From positions 22,261 to 86,260 of the forward strand of contig CAYFZO010000002.1 of NCBI GenBank assembly GCA_964347615.1: 64,000 nucleotides of DNA. Reading direction: 5' to 3'. This stretch comes from an uncultured Chromatiales bacterium (GTDB taxonomy: Bacteria > Pseudomonadota > Gammaproteobacteria > Poriferisulfidales > Oxydemutatoraceae). The notes under the pieces are model-generated. The model searched no databases. It worked only from the letters and a program-made list of their open reading frames with translations, and was not told the DNA's origin. Positions within the stretch are counted from its first letter, which is position 1. Every line of letters starts with the position of its first letter. The position numbers were made by a program, and so were the translations under genes. Positions 30,011 to 39,761 of this stretch are shown here, in pieces.

Positions 30011-33000
30011 CTACTCCGCCTTAGAGGGCAAGATCTTGTCGAACAGCTTCTTGAGCTTACCGGGCCCTTTCTCGACTTCGGGAGCGCCTTTGAAGTCCAC
30101 CTGCGGATCGTCCCAGCTGCCGTGCAGGTGGTAGCGCAGAGTGACGACCTTATCCACTTTCGAGCCGAGATCGGTCAGCTTGTCAACAAGAAACACCGCG
30201 GCGGCGCCGACAGGGCCGGCGAGCAAGGCACCGGCGACCGGCAGACCCGAGCTCAGGTTCGGCACGACGACGACCTCCTGGTCGTACTGCTTATTCCCGA
30301 CGTCGGTGGTGCCGCTGATCGACATCGCCAGCGCGGGCCCTGCGACGACAAAATCCTCGGTCCGCATGACGCTGTCTTGAAATCTGACTTCTCCTTCCAA
30401 GGTGTCGAAAGCCAACCCTTTCTCGATAACGTCGCGGAAGTCGAGCGACAGACGCCGCACGACGTGGCCGATGCTGAACAGCCCGAGCAGACGACCGACA
30501 CCGGGATCGGCTTTCTCGACAACGCCGTCCTTCAGATTAATTACGACTTCCCCCTTAAGTTTTTCAAGCGCGAACCCGGCGGGCGAGCCGGCCCAGTCGA
30601 CATCCCCGCTCAGGGAACCATCGCCGCCTTTAAGGCTGCTCGAAACGTCGAGCAGCCGCAGCATCCTCCCGTAGTCGCGTCCGTTCACGTCAAAATGAAA
30701 ACTGCTGAGGTGCCCTTGCTCGCCGAACGACCACTCCCCACTCATCACGCCCACCGTCTCACCGGCTTCAAAAGCGAGCCGGCTTATCCTCATGCCGCTA
30801 CTCGACGGTTCGGTGACAAGGTGCAGCTTGGACACCTGCAGATTCCCTAACCGGAACTCGGTGGCTTTGATTTCAAGCGGCGGCACGTCCGCCGGCTCCA
30901 GCTTCGAGGTGCCGGTCGGCGTACTCTTCGGCAAAAACAACCTCTCCATCTGCGCAAACACGGCGCCGTCGCCCCCGGGTATGAAGACCCACCCCTGCGC
31001 CCACGAGGCGTCCACCCGCAGCTTGCGCCCGCCGGTGGCGGGCTTGAGATCGACAAACGTCTCGCCCAACGGTTCGCCGCCTTTGCGCAGTTCGGCAAAC
31101 GACAAAGCGACGTGTTGCAGATAGGGGCTGCCCCCGGCACCGCTTGAACCGAACCAATCGTCAAGTTCGACCGGCTGATTGATTACGCCGCCAATCCTGA
31201 ACCGCCCGCGCTCGGGCGGCGGCTCGCCCGGACCGAAATGCAGATAACCCTGCGGCGTCGGCGAACGCGCACCCGCGTCCCTGATCAGCGCCGCCCTGAC
31301 GTCTTCCCCGTAAGACAACTCATACCGGGTCGTCTCGCCCAGATCGACGTCCGCCGAGAACTCGCGGCGTCGAGCCGCGGTTTTGCCGAACGGCGACGGC
31401 AAACCGATCTCGACCCCTTCAAGCGAAGAAGACAAGGTCATTTGCAACTCATACCCGCCTCCCTCGCGCAAGTTCGGTATCAGCAACTCGGCTTTCCACG
31501 GCGCCGTTCCCCGCACCGCGCCGCGCAGAGGCGTTTGCGACAGGTCGATCAATTCCGCCGCGGCCAAGTCGCCCTCGATCTCGAGCCGGGTCGCGCCCTG
31601 AGCGGGCGCCGCTTTGGCCCGCACCGGCACGCCGTTGAGCGTCGCCGCAAGCGACTGCGAACTGCCGCCGTTGCGATCGAAGTCGAGCGCGCCCGTCAAG
31701 TCGCTGAACTCAAGGTCGAGCGGCGCGACCCGCAAAGACGCCTTGTCAAAACTCAGCGTGCCGTTGACCGAGACGGGCTTGTCGACTTTCTTGCTCAACG
31801 GCGCCTTGACCGACAACCTGAGACTGCTGCCGCCGCCCGGCTCCAGATTGCGCATCACGACGCCGTCGGCGTCCACCAAGCGCGCGTCCTTGAGGTAATC
31901 GAGCACGCCCGGAAGCGGCCCCGTGCCGGACGCGGCGATGATGACGAAAGGTCGGGCGAGGTCTTCTATCTCGACCCGCGCCGACTGCGACAGCAATCCG
32001 TAATGTTCCAGCTTCGACGCCTCGACGACCAAGCGCTGGTTGTCAAAAACAACCCGCGCGTCGAGTTCGTGCAACGGTCGCCGATCTTTCTGGTAATTCA
32101 GCGTCGCGCCCGCAATCTCGCCTTCGGCGTGAAACCGCCCGTCGCCGTCCTTGAACGGAAACGACGACAACGCTCCGCTCAACTCGACGCGGGCGGATTG
32201 CAGAAAGCCCGCGTCGAACGCCCGTTCGAGCCACGCCTTAAGCCGCGGATTGATCCCGTCGCGCGGCAAAAAACCGCCGACCGAGGTCAGCGGCAGGTTT
32301 TCAAGCGACAACGCAAGGTCCAGCGACGGCTCCTCTTCGTCGAACCACGCAAGACGTCCGCCCAGACGCGCCTCGCCCAGCCTGAGCGACAGCTCGTCCG
32401 CACGGACGGTGCGAACCGCGCCGTCGTCGCTGTAACGCAACGCCGACGAAACACCGTCGAGATCGAACGAGCGGTCGGCCCAACCGGGAAACCGCACCGA
32501 GATCTTCTCCAGCGCCAACTTGCCCCGAGCCGTCTTGAGCGCGGGAAGCGAAAGCAGTCGGTCGACGTATCCGGCAGCGTATTCGGCGACGAAACGAACC
32601 CCGTCCTCGATCAGGCGCAACCGGTCGCGGTCGCCGCCCCCGGCAGCAACTCGGGCGGAAAACTCAGGGGGCGTGAAATCAGGGTGGGACAAAGACGCCG
32701 ACAGAGAAACCGAACCGCTTCCGGCGGAGACCTCGACGATTCGCGCCGACTCTTCCCCTCGTCCCGCGGCAAGCCGTGCACCCGCATCAAGCAACGCCGC
32801 GTCGAGTACCGGCATCCTTAACACCAGACCGGCGCCGTCCCCATAATAATCAACGGCGGCGTCGGCGTTGTGAATCACCAGCCGCGACGATTGCCAACCG
32901 ACGTCGAGCATCCCGAGCCGCCAACCGGCTTGATGTGCCCCCCACGACAGACGCGAGCGCGCCGAAATCGGTTCCGGTTGCGCCCCGGCAGCGCAAGCGT

Positions 33001-33829
33001 CGCAGGCAACCTCGCCGTCAAGCCATTGCAAAGCGCCGTCGCGCCAACCGCCCCACAGCTCGACGTTCAGCAGCCCCGTAGCGGCGCCGGGCCTGCCGAC
33101 TTGACGCGCCCATTGAGCCAGGTCGGCGTCGTCGGCGCGGACGTAAACCCGTCCCGCCCCCGCGTTGGCCGGGGCGTTTTCCCGACTATCTTGCTCGGGC
33201 GCGCCGACGTCGAAATCGGCGACGACGTGCAGAAACCGCCCGAGCTCCGCAGGCAGAAACGTCTTCAAGCCGAACCGAAACCGTCCGTCGCGGAATTCAA
33301 ACGCAACGTTGACGTTACTGAACTCGTGGTCGCTACCAACCCGTTCATTGCGCCAACGGACGTTCGCGTTTTCCAAGTGAAGGCTGACGCCCGCCGCCGC
33401 GGTCCCGCCCGAGGCGCCTTTGAGCAGATCGTCCAGAGGCAGAAAACCGGAGACGCGCGAACGGCCCTCGGCGTCGGTCACAACCAGGAAGTCGGTATCG
33501 AAAACGCGCAAGTCGGAAACCTTCACCGCGGCACTCAACAACGACCCGAGCAAATCAAATTCAACGTGCACCCGCCGGGCACGCAACGCTTGGTCGGAGA
33601 CGCCGGGCGGCTTGATCTCGACCTGAGACAGCTCGACAATCGGCTCGAAGCCACGCAACACCCCCTGCACCGTGCCCACCCGCACCTCGACGCCGATCGC
33701 TTCCGACAAGAACGCAACGACGTCGTCCGCGTAATAGTCCGCGTACGACAGCGCAAGCCTCAACCCCAGCGTCAACCCCGCAAAGAGAACCAGCGCCGCG
33801 GCGAAAACCGAAGCGACGCGCCCGACCAT
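30011..33829 (-). CDS. yhdP: YhdP-family (AsmA-like) large inner-membrane-anchored envelope protein
   Basis: About 1270 aa with a single N-terminal TM helix (VASVFAAALVLFAGLTLGL) and a long beta-rich periplasmic body. I set the start at ATG 33827-33829; it overlaps the maf stop in a TGATG configuration (translational coupling). The upstream 72 codons of the track ORF are arginine-rich GC artefact. Confidence 0.8.
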   Translation of the reverse strand: MVGRVASVFAAALVLFAGLTLGLRLALSYADYYADDVVAFLSEAIGVEVRVGTVQGVLRGFEPIVELSQVEIKPPGVSDQALRARRVHVEFDLLGSLLSAAVKVSDLRVFDTDFLVVTDAEGRSRVSGFLPLDDLLKGASGGTAAAGVSLHLENANVRWRNERVGSDHEFSNVNVAFEFRDGRFRFGLKTFLPAELGRFLHVVADFDVGAPEQDSRENAPANAGAGRVYVRADDADLAQWARQVGRPGAATGLLNVELWGGWRDGALQWLDGEVACDACAAGAQPEPISARSRLSWGAHQAGWRLGMLDVGWQSSRLVIHNADAAVDYYGDGAGLVLRMPVLDAALLDAGARLAAGRGEESARIVEVSAGSGSVSLSASLSHPDFTPPEFSARVAAGGGDRDRLRLIEDGVRFVAEYAAGYVDRLLSLPALKTARGKLALEKISVRFPGWADRSFDLDGVSSALRYSDDGAVRTVRADELSLRLGEARLGGRLAWFDEEEPSLDLALSLENLPLTSVGGFLPRDGINPRLKAWLERAFDAGFLQSARVELSGALSSFPFKDGDGRFHAEGEIAGATLNYQKDRRPLHELDARVVFDNQRLVVEASKLEHYGLLSQSARVEIEDLARPFVIIAASGTGPLPGVLDYLKDARLVDADGVVMRNLEPGGGSSLRLSVKAPLSKKVDKPVSVNGTLSFDKASLRVAPLDLEFSDLTGALDFDRNGGSSQSLAATLNGVPVRAKAAPAQGATRLEIEGDLAAAELIDLSQTPLRGAVRGTAPWKAELLIPNLREGGGYELQMTLSSSLEGVEIGLPSPFGKTAARRREFSADVDLGETTRYELSYGEDVRAALIRDAGARSPTPQGYLHFGPGEPPPERGRFRIGGVINQPVELDDWFGSSGAGGSPYLQHVALSFAELRKGGEPLGETFVDLKPATGGRKLRVDASWAQGWVFIPGGDGAVFAQMERLFLPKSTPTGTSKLEPADVPPLEIKATEFRLGNLQVSKLHLVTEPSSSGMRISRLAFEAGETVGVMSGEWSFGEQGHLSSFHFDVNGRDYGRMLRLLDVSSSLKGGDGSLSGDVDWAGSPAGFALEKLKGEVVINLKDGVVEKADPGVGRLLGLFSIGHVVRRLSLDFRDVIEKGLAFDTLEGEVRFQDSVMRTEDFVVAGPALAMSISGTTDVGNKQYDQEVVVVPNLSSGLPVAGALLAGPVGAAAVFLVDKLTDLGSKVDKVVTLRYHLHGSWDDPQVDFKGAPEVEKGPGKLKKLFDKILPSKAE

Positions 33830-34419
33830 CACGAGACCTCCAGCAAACCGACGCGCTCGAACATCCGTGAGACGACGAACAACGGCAGCCCCATCACGCC
33901 GCTGTAACTGCCTTCGAGCCGCTCGACGAACGCCGCGGCGCGACCCTGTATCGCATACGCACCCGCCTTGTCGCGGTATTCGCCGGTGTCGAGATACGCT
34001 TCGATGCGCCCGGCACCGAGTTCGGCGAACTTGACGTCGCTGCAATCGAGACGAACGTCTTCATCGCCGCCGTGCAACAGCGCCACACCGGTCAGCACCC
34101 GGTGCATCCTGCCCGACAAGGCGGCGAGCATCTTCGCCGCCGCGGAGCGCCCGGCGGGCTTGCCGAAGACTTCGCCGTCAAGCACGACGGCGGTGTCCGC
34201 CGCAAGCACCGGCAAAGACGCCTCCTTGAGGCGCTTCGCTTCGCGCGCCTTGCAACGGGCCAGCCGCACGACGTAATCCTCCGGCGCTTCCGCCGACACG
34301 CGCGTCTCGTCTATGCCGACGGGGGCCGACTCACAGACGACGCCCAGCTGTTCAAGCAGCTGGACGCGACGCGGGGAAGCCGACGCCAGAATGACCTTGG
34401 GTGTACGCAACGCGGTCAT
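33829..34419 (-). CDS. maf: Maf-like nucleoside triphosphate pyrophosphatase (septum formation protein Maf)
   Basis: 196 aa; ILASASPRR...LGVV...DE and the conserved GKP and AYAIQG motifs of the Maf/Ham1 family. Confidence 0.85.
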   Translation of the reverse strand: MTALRTPKVILASASPRRVQLLEQLGVVCESAPVGIDETRVSAEAPEDYVVRLARCKAREAKRLKEASLPVLAADTAVVLDGEVFGKPAGRSAAAKMLAALSGRMHRVLTGVALLHGGDEDVRLDCSDVKFAELGAGRIEAYLDTGEYRDKAGAYAIQGRAAAFVERLEGSYSGVMGLPLFVVSRMFERVGLLEVS

Positions 34420-34586
34420 GATTGACTGAAAATCTGCATCAAGCGCGAATTATGACACCCACGGCGCATCGAACCCCCGCCCGTCCGACGCCCCCCCCGC
34501 CGTTCATCGCCCCGGTTGAACCGCCCGCGGAAAATCCGGGAACACGCCAGGGCAAACACCGGCAAACACTCGGGGAAACGGCGCGC

Positions 34587-34904
34587 CTATTCTCGATGGT
34601 AAGAAGGCCCCGACGGCAACGACCATCCTCGACACAGCTGCTCGATGAGCATCAACCGCTTTGAAAACGACCAGCTCTCGCCGGCACCCGCCTCGCCTGT
34701 CGAACGTGCCGACGTCGCCGCAAGCACCGCGCGCCTTTCCTTCTCGAGACACGCCTGCACCGAAACGCCGCGGGTGCGCTTGACCTGAGGCACTTCCTTG
34801 ACAACGATCGGGCACGCCGCGTTCATTCGCTTAAGGTATTCGCCGGCGCCGGCCTCGGCTCACGCGGGCAGGCGGCGGCTGACCGGGACAATGCAAGACT
34901 TCAC
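34587..34904 (-). pseudogene. rlmH: degraded rlmH (23S rRNA m3-pseudouridine1915 methyltransferase) remnant
   Basis: Reading from the GTG right after the rsfS stop gives VKSCIVPVSRRLPA*AEAGAGEYLKRM...SGPSYHRE. This aligns to E. coli RlmH ([27 protein letters not shown]...NHPYHRE). Two lesions are present. One is an in-frame TGA at the conserved Trp codon. The other is an internal deletion of about 49 aa that removes the SPOUT SAM-binding core (LLIGGPEGL region). The track reports only the distal 79-aa piece. Confidence 0.5.
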
Positions 34905-34907
34905 CGC

Positions 34908-35276
34908 TCAACCCGCGTCGCGCGCGTCGGCGTTGCGTTCGGCGAACGTTTTGTGCTCGGTCCGCCACAGCTGTTCGAGGTTGTAGAACTCGCGGGTCTC
35001 CCGTTGCATCACGTGCACGACCGCGTCGCCGAAATCCAGCAGCACCCATTCACCGTCCTCCTTGCCTTCGACGCCGAGCACCTCGCCTCGTGCCTGCTTC
35101 ACCCGTTCGACAAGCCGCTCGGCGACCGCCTGCACGTGGCGGTTTGAAGTGCCGGTCGCAACAAAGACGAAGTCGGTGATCGTCGTCTTCCCGCGCACGT
35201 CCATCATCACCAAGTCCAGCGCCTTGGCGTCCTCAAGACCGCTCCTGACCAGCGCCGCCAGCTGCTCAGCCTGCAT
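34908..35276 (-). CDS. rsfS: ribosomal silencing factor RsfS (Iojap family)
   Basis: 122 aa; DLVMMDVRGKTTITDFVFVATGTSNRHVQAVAERL...WVLLDFGDAVVHVM matches RsfS/YbeB. Overlaps the nadD start by 11 nt. Confidence 0.9.
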   Translation of the reverse strand: MQAEQLAALVRSGLEDAKALDLVMMDVRGKTTITDFVFVATGTSNRHVQAVAERLVERVKQARGEVLGVEGKEDGEWVLLDFGDAVVHVMQRETREFYNLEQLWRTEHKTFAERNADARDAG

Positions 35277-35919
35277 CGTATCCGTAAAGACGGTGGCGAC
35301 GGATGTAATTCCACACCGTGCCGGGCATCAGGTAGCGGGGCTGCTCGCCGCGTTCGAGCAGGGCGCGTACCGCGGTGGACGACGCGGCGACGACGTCGTT
35401 GTCGAACCGGCACACCCGTCCCGCCGGCCGCCGCGCAAGCTCGGCGAGCTCGGCGGGGCCGCCGCTCGCCTCAAGCAGCGGGTGGTCCGCGCCGACCTCG
35501 GCGCAATCGGGGCGACGGGTGACAATCAAGTGAGCCAGCTCAAGCAGCTGCCGGTAATCACGCCAATGGCAAACGCCGCCGAACGCATCTTCGCCCATCA
35601 TGAAAGCCAGCGGCGCGTCGGCACCCAGCTCGGCACGAAATCCGCGCAAGGTATCCACCGTGTAGCCGAGGCCCTCGGCCTGCATCTCGCGGACGTCCAC
35701 GACCATCCCCGGCGGACGCAAGACCAAATTGAGCATCGCCAAGCGGTGTTCGTCGGAAGCGAGGTCGCCGATACGACCCTTATGCGGATGCAGGCGGCTG
35801 GGCACGAAAACCACCCGCGCGATCTCCTCTCGCTGCAGCAGCTGCAAAGCCGGTTTGACGTGCCCGAGATGAACCGGGTCGAAAGCGCCGCCGAAAATCG
35901 CGATGATTCCGCCGGGCAA
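35266..35919 (-). CDS. nadD: nicotinate-nucleotide adenylyltransferase
   Basis: HxGH-type nucleotidyltransferase motif (GGAFDPVHLGH) and C-terminal SSTAVR motif. Synteny is nadD-rsfS-rlmH. Confidence 0.9.
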   Translation of the reverse strand: MPGGIIAIFGGAFDPVHLGHVKPALQLLQREEIARVVFVPSRLHPHKGRIGDLASDEHRLAMLNLVLRPPGMVVDVREMQAEGLGYTVDTLRGFRAELGADAPLAFMMGEDAFGGVCHWRDYRQLLELAHLIVTRRPDCAEVGADHPLLEASGGPAELAELARRPAGRVCRFDNDVVAASSTAVRALLERGEQPRYLMPGTVWNYIRRHRLYGYDAG

Positions 35920-35937
35920 CGCATCCTCTCTCAGGCT

Positions 35938-37203
35938 TTAAGTGCGAACGTTGCCGTCGCCGAACACGACGAACTTCTGCGTGGTCAGACCTTCGAGCCC
36001 GACCGGCCCCCGCACGTGAAGGCGGTCGGTGCTGATACCGATCTCCGCACCCAGACCGTACTCGAAACCGTCGGCAAACCGCGTCGACGCGTTGACGATC
36101 ACCGAACTCGAATCAACTTCGCGCGTGAACCGCCGCGCTTTTTCCTCGTCCTCGGTCACAATCGCGTCGGTGTGGTGCGAGCCGTGCCGGGCGACGTGCG
36201 CCAGCGCCTCGTCGAAGCCGGCAACGGTTTTCACCGACAAAATCGGCGCCAAGTACTCGGTGTCCCAATCTTCTTCGGTCGCCGCCGCTGCGCCGTTGAG
36301 AAACGGCAAGCTTCTGTCGCAACCCCTGAGCTCGATGCCCGCCGTACGCAACGCTTCCGCGGCTCGCGGCAGGAACTCGGCGGCGATTCCGGCGTCGACG
36401 AGCAAGGTCTCCATCGCGTTGCACACCCCGACGCGTTGCGCCTTCGCGTTGACGGCGATCGCAAGCGCCTTGTCCAGGTCGGCGTCGCGGTCGACGTAGA
36501 CGTGGCAAACCCCGTGGAGATGCTTAATCACCGGGATCTTCGATTCCTCCGACACCCGTTCGATCAACGCTTTGCCGCCGCGCGGAATAATCACGTCAAT
36601 CAAGTCATCGAGCGAAAGCATCTCGCCGACCGCTTCGCGCGAAGTCGTCGCGACGAGCTGCACGCACCCCCGCGGCAGCCCCACCTCGGCGATGCCCGCG
36701 TGGACGCATTCGGCGATTGCCTGGTTGGAACGCATCGCTTCGGAACCGCCCCTGAGCAGCACCGCGTTGCCCGACTTCAGGCACAAGCCGGCGGCGTCCG
36801 CGGTTACCGTCGGGCGCGCCTCGTAGATGATGCCGATGACGCCGATCGGCACCCGCATCCGCCCGACGCGGATACCCGACGGACGGGACTGCATCCCGCT
36901 GACCGCACCGACCGGGTCGTCGAGCGCGACGATTTGACGCAAGCCTTCGGCCATCGCCTCGATGCGCTCGTCGTTCAACGCCAGACGATCGAGCAAGGCG
37001 TCGTCCATGCCCTTGCTCCTGCTCTGCGTCAGATCCTTGCGGTTTTCCTCGAGCAGGCGCGCACGGGCGTCGAGCAAGGCCGCGGCGATCGCTTCCAAGG
37101 CTCGGTTCTTTTGCGCGGCGTCGGCGGCGCCCAACGCCCGCGTGCTTTCGCGCGCCATCTCAGCGAGACCGCGCACCGAACCTTTTTGATAGTCGCTGCT
37201 CAT
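35938..37203 (-). CDS. proA: gamma-glutamyl phosphate reductase
   Basis: Aldehyde dehydrogenase-family ProA with the catalytic Cys region ([10 protein letters not shown]). I set the start at ATG 37201-37203 (MSSDYQKG). proA is adjacent to nadD, as in Pseudomonas. Confidence 0.9.
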   Translation of the reverse strand: MSSDYQKGSVRGLAEMARESTRALGAADAAQKNRALEAIAAALLDARARLLEENRKDLTQSRSKGMDDALLDRLALNDERIEAMAEGLRQIVALDDPVGAVSGMQSRPSGIRVGRMRVPIGVIGIIYEARPTVTADAAGLCLKSGNAVLLRGGSEAMRSNQAIAECVHAGIAEVGLPRGCVQLVATTSREAVGEMLSLDDLIDVIIPRGGKALIERVSEESKIPVIKHLHGVCHVYVDRDADLDKALAIAVNAKAQRVGVCNAMETLLVDAGIAAEFLPRAAEALRTAGIELRGCDRSLPFLNGAAAATEEDWDTEYLAPILSVKTVAGFDEALAHVARHGSHHTDAIVTEDEEKARRFTREVDSSSVIVNASTRFADGFEYGLGAEIGISTDRLHVRGPVGLEGLTTQKFVVFGDGNVRT

Positions 37204-37207
37204 CGTT

Positions 37208-38236
37208 TCACGCCTGCGTCGCCGGACGATAAACAAGGCGCCTGTGCATCGCCCGCGCACCCGCGATCCGGAGCGTCAACTCGAGCAACTCGTTCCACTC
37301 GGCGTCGTCGCCCACGCCCTTGGCCGCCTTGTCGGCCTCGGCGCACCAGAAGAGCAGGCGTTGCCAGCGCGCGCCGAGCTTTCTGCCGAGCGCCTTCTTC
37401 AGGATCCCGCGCTTGGTGCGCCATTCGCTCCTGAGCAAGGCGTCAACGCTTTCGCCGGCGGCGACGCGCCGTTCGAGCGTCGCGAGCTTCCTGACCTGCG
37501 CCACCAGTCCCCACAACACCAGCACGATCGGCTGGTTCTCGCTCCTGAGCCCGCGCAGAACCGTCACCGCGCGCTTGCCGTCCCCGACGACCGCCGCGTC
37601 GGCAAGGTCGTACGGACTGAACCGGGCGTTGTCGCCGACCGACGCAAGCACGTCTTCCTCACGAACCACTTCGTCGGGATAAAGCAGCGACAACTTGATC
37701 ACTTCCTGCGCCGCCGCGAGCATGTTGCCTTCGGTGTGTTCGATGATGATGTCAATCACTTGGCTTTCGGTCCTCAAACCCGCTTTCAAGGTCCGCTCCC
37801 TCAACCACGGTTTCATCTCGGTCGGTGTCTTTCGGTAGACCTGCACCAAGACGCCGATCTCGGCGGCTTTCTTGACCCACGCCAGACGCCCGTCGAGCTT
37901 CGGCGTACGCACCATGAGCAACACCCCCTCGGGAGGCGAGGCGACGAACTCCCTGAAGAAGTCGCTGCCACCGGACTTGGCCGACATGAAACACACGTCG
38001 AACAGCTGCCGCGTCGAAAACAACCCCAGATTGTTCGAAGCAAGGGTCATCCGACTCCAGTCAAATCCGTCGTCGACCGCAAACAGGCGGTGCTCCTCGA
38101 TGCCTTGCTTGCGCGCCGCCGCGCGAATCAAGTCGGCGGCTTCCATCCTTTGCAAAGGCTCGTCGCCGACAATCAGGTAAATCGGCGCGAGCGGTTTCTC
38201 CAACGCCGCGGGCAACCGGTTAAAATAGGTTTTCAT
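37208..38236 (-). CDS. holA: DNA polymerase III delta subunit
   Basis: 342 aa; N-terminus [28 protein letters not shown] is typical of HolA. Conserved lptE-holA neighbourhood downstream of leuS. Confidence 0.85.
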   Translation of the reverse strand: MKTYFNRLPAALEKPLAPIYLIVGDEPLQRMEAADLIRAAARKQGIEEHRLFAVDDGFDWSRMTLASNNLGLFSTRQLFDVCFMSAKSGGSDFFREFVASPPEGVLLMVRTPKLDGRLAWVKKAAEIGVLVQVYRKTPTEMKPWLRERTLKAGLRTESQVIDIIIEHTEGNMLAAAQEVIKLSLLYPDEVVREEDVLASVGDNARFSPYDLADAAVVGDGKRAVTVLRGLRSENQPIVLVLWGLVAQVRKLATLERRVAAGESVDALLRSEWRTKRGILKKALGRKLGARWQRLLFWCAEADKAAKGVGDDAEWNELLELTLRIAGARAMHRRLVYRPATQA

Positions 38237-38280
38237 TCGTTGATTTTACCGCGAGCGGAACCTCTACCGGAGACCGAACC

Positions 38281-39159
38281 ATGCCCTCTGAAACCGTTTC
38301 TTTCATCGGCCCCGGCATCATGGGCGGACCCATGGCGCTGAACCTTCTCAAAGGCGGCCACCGCCTTTTCGCCTACGCGCGGCGGGCGCAGGCCCTCGAG
38401 CCACTGGCCGAGGCAGGCGCCGCGACCTGCGCCTCTTGCGCCGAAGCCGCCGCCGCGTCCGACTTCTGCATCGTCATGGTATCAGACACCCCCGACGTCG
38501 AAGAGGTCCTGTTCCGCGAGGACGGGGTCGCGGCGGGGGCACGCGCCGGCAGCGTCGTCGTCGTGATGAGCACGATCTCGCCGCAGGCGATTCCCGGGAT
38601 GGCCGAACGGCTTGCGCAAAAGGAGGTGCACCTGCTCGACGCACCGGTCTCCGGCGGCGACGTCGGCGCGCGCGCCGGTACCCTCTCGATCATGGTCGGC
38701 GGCGAGGAAGACGCCTTCAAACGCGCTTTGCCGATGTTGGAGTGCATGGGCAAGAACGTCGTGCACGTCGGCGCCGCCGGGGCCGGACAGGTCGCCAAGA
38801 CGTGCAACCAACTTCTCGCGGCACAGACCATCGCCGCGGTCGCCGAGGCGTTCGAGTTCGCACGCGCCGCCGGGGTTGACCGCGCCAAGGTGCGCGAAGC
38901 ACTGCTCGGCGGCTTCGCCTACAGCCGCGTGCTCGAGCTGCACGGGCAAAGAATGCTCGACGACGATTACGCCCCGGGGTTCAAGGCCGAACTGCATCTG
39001 AAAGACATGAACATCGCGGCGGATTTCGCCGCCGAGAGGCAACTCACGCTGCCGGGCACGGACGCCGCACGCGGCCTCCTGGAACAGTTGGTCGCCGAAG
39101 GCGGCGGCGAACTGGATTCATCGGCGATAGCCAAAGTGGTCGCGGCGAAAGCGCGGTAA
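38281..39159 (+). CDS. NAD(P)-dependent 3-hydroxyisobutyrate/tartronate-semialdehyde dehydrogenase-family oxidoreductase
   Basis: N-terminal Rossmann motif FIGPGIMGGPMALNL and the HIBADH-family catalytic region. Inserted on the opposite strand between holA and lptE. Confidence 0.8.
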   Translation: MPSETVSFIGPGIMGGPMALNLLKGGHRLFAYARRAQALEPLAEAGAATCASCAEAAAASDFCIVMVSDTPDVEEVLFREDGVAAGARAGSVVVVMSTISPQAIPGMAERLAQKEVHLLDAPVSGGDVGARAGTLSIMVGGEEDAFKRALPMLECMGKNVVHVGAAGAGQVAKTCNQLLAAQTIAAVAEAFEFARAAGVDRAKVREALLGGFAYSRVLELHGQRMLDDDYAPGFKAELHLKDMNIAADFAAERQLTLPGTDAARGLLEQLVAEGGGELDSSAIAKVVAAKAR

Positions 39160-39224
39160 CAGCGGCGGCAACGTCGATTCGGTCCGGGGCCGGGAAAACA
39201 CGGGGCCGCTGGCGCTTCACGCAA

Positions 39225-39761
39225 TCAGCGCCCGATCGTCGAAAGGCGCAGCACGATCTTTCTGCACAGTTCGGCTTCGAGGTCTCCGGCGACGGTGCGT
39301 TTTTCGTTCTTGGAGAGCAACGGCCGGTCGGGGTCGGTCAAGTACGCGGCTTCGGCCTTCACGGTCTGCTCGGGCAACAAGGTGTCAAGCTTCTTCCCGC
39401 CCGAGCGCACGCTGAACGACGTTTCAACGGTCAGCATGTACTCGCGCGCCTTGACGTCGTCGCCGACCGCGCTGCGCCTCTGGCGTTCGCGTCTGCCGGA
39501 AAAAATCAGACGCGCCGACGCGCGCGCCGGCGACACCACCTTGACGCCGTAGCCGTGCAAGGTGACGACCAGCGTCTTGCGTAAGCTTTCATATCGTCCC
39601 AGCCCCTCGATCGAAACCCGCTTCAACACCGGCGAAAAAATCCGCCCTCGGTCCTCGCCGGACCCGGCGAGGTGATAACCGCAGGCCGAGAGCGCCGCGA
39701 CCAGCGCCGCCGACGCCGCGAACGCCAACGCGCGAAAGACGAAACCTCGGAAAAGCGTCAT
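39225..39761 (-). CDS. lptE: LPS-assembly lipoprotein LptE
   Basis: 178 aa with a lipobox (LSACGY) after the signal peptide. Position is leuS-lptE-holA. Its 5' end overlaps the leuS stop by 4 nt. Confidence 0.8.
   Translation of the reverse strand: MTLFRGFVFRALAFAASAALVAALSACGYHLAGSGEDRGRIFSPVLKRVSIEGLGRYESLRKTLVVTLHGYGVKVVSPARASARLIFSGRRERQRRSAVGDDVKAREYMLTVETSFSVRSGGKKLDTLLPEQTVKAEAAYLTDPDRPLLSKNEKRTVAGDLEAELCRKIVLRLSTIGR

Noticed and set aside
34504-34815. 103-aa minus-strand ORF in the maf-rsfS gap
   Set aside because: It overlaps the frame that carries clear RlmH homology and its translation has no recognisable similarity. It is regarded as an alternative-frame artefact of the rlmH remnant.
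39160-39224. Possible terminator between the convergent oxidoreductase and lptE genes
   Set aside because: The sequence is GC-rich, but I could not identify a clean inverted repeat followed by a T-run on either strand.
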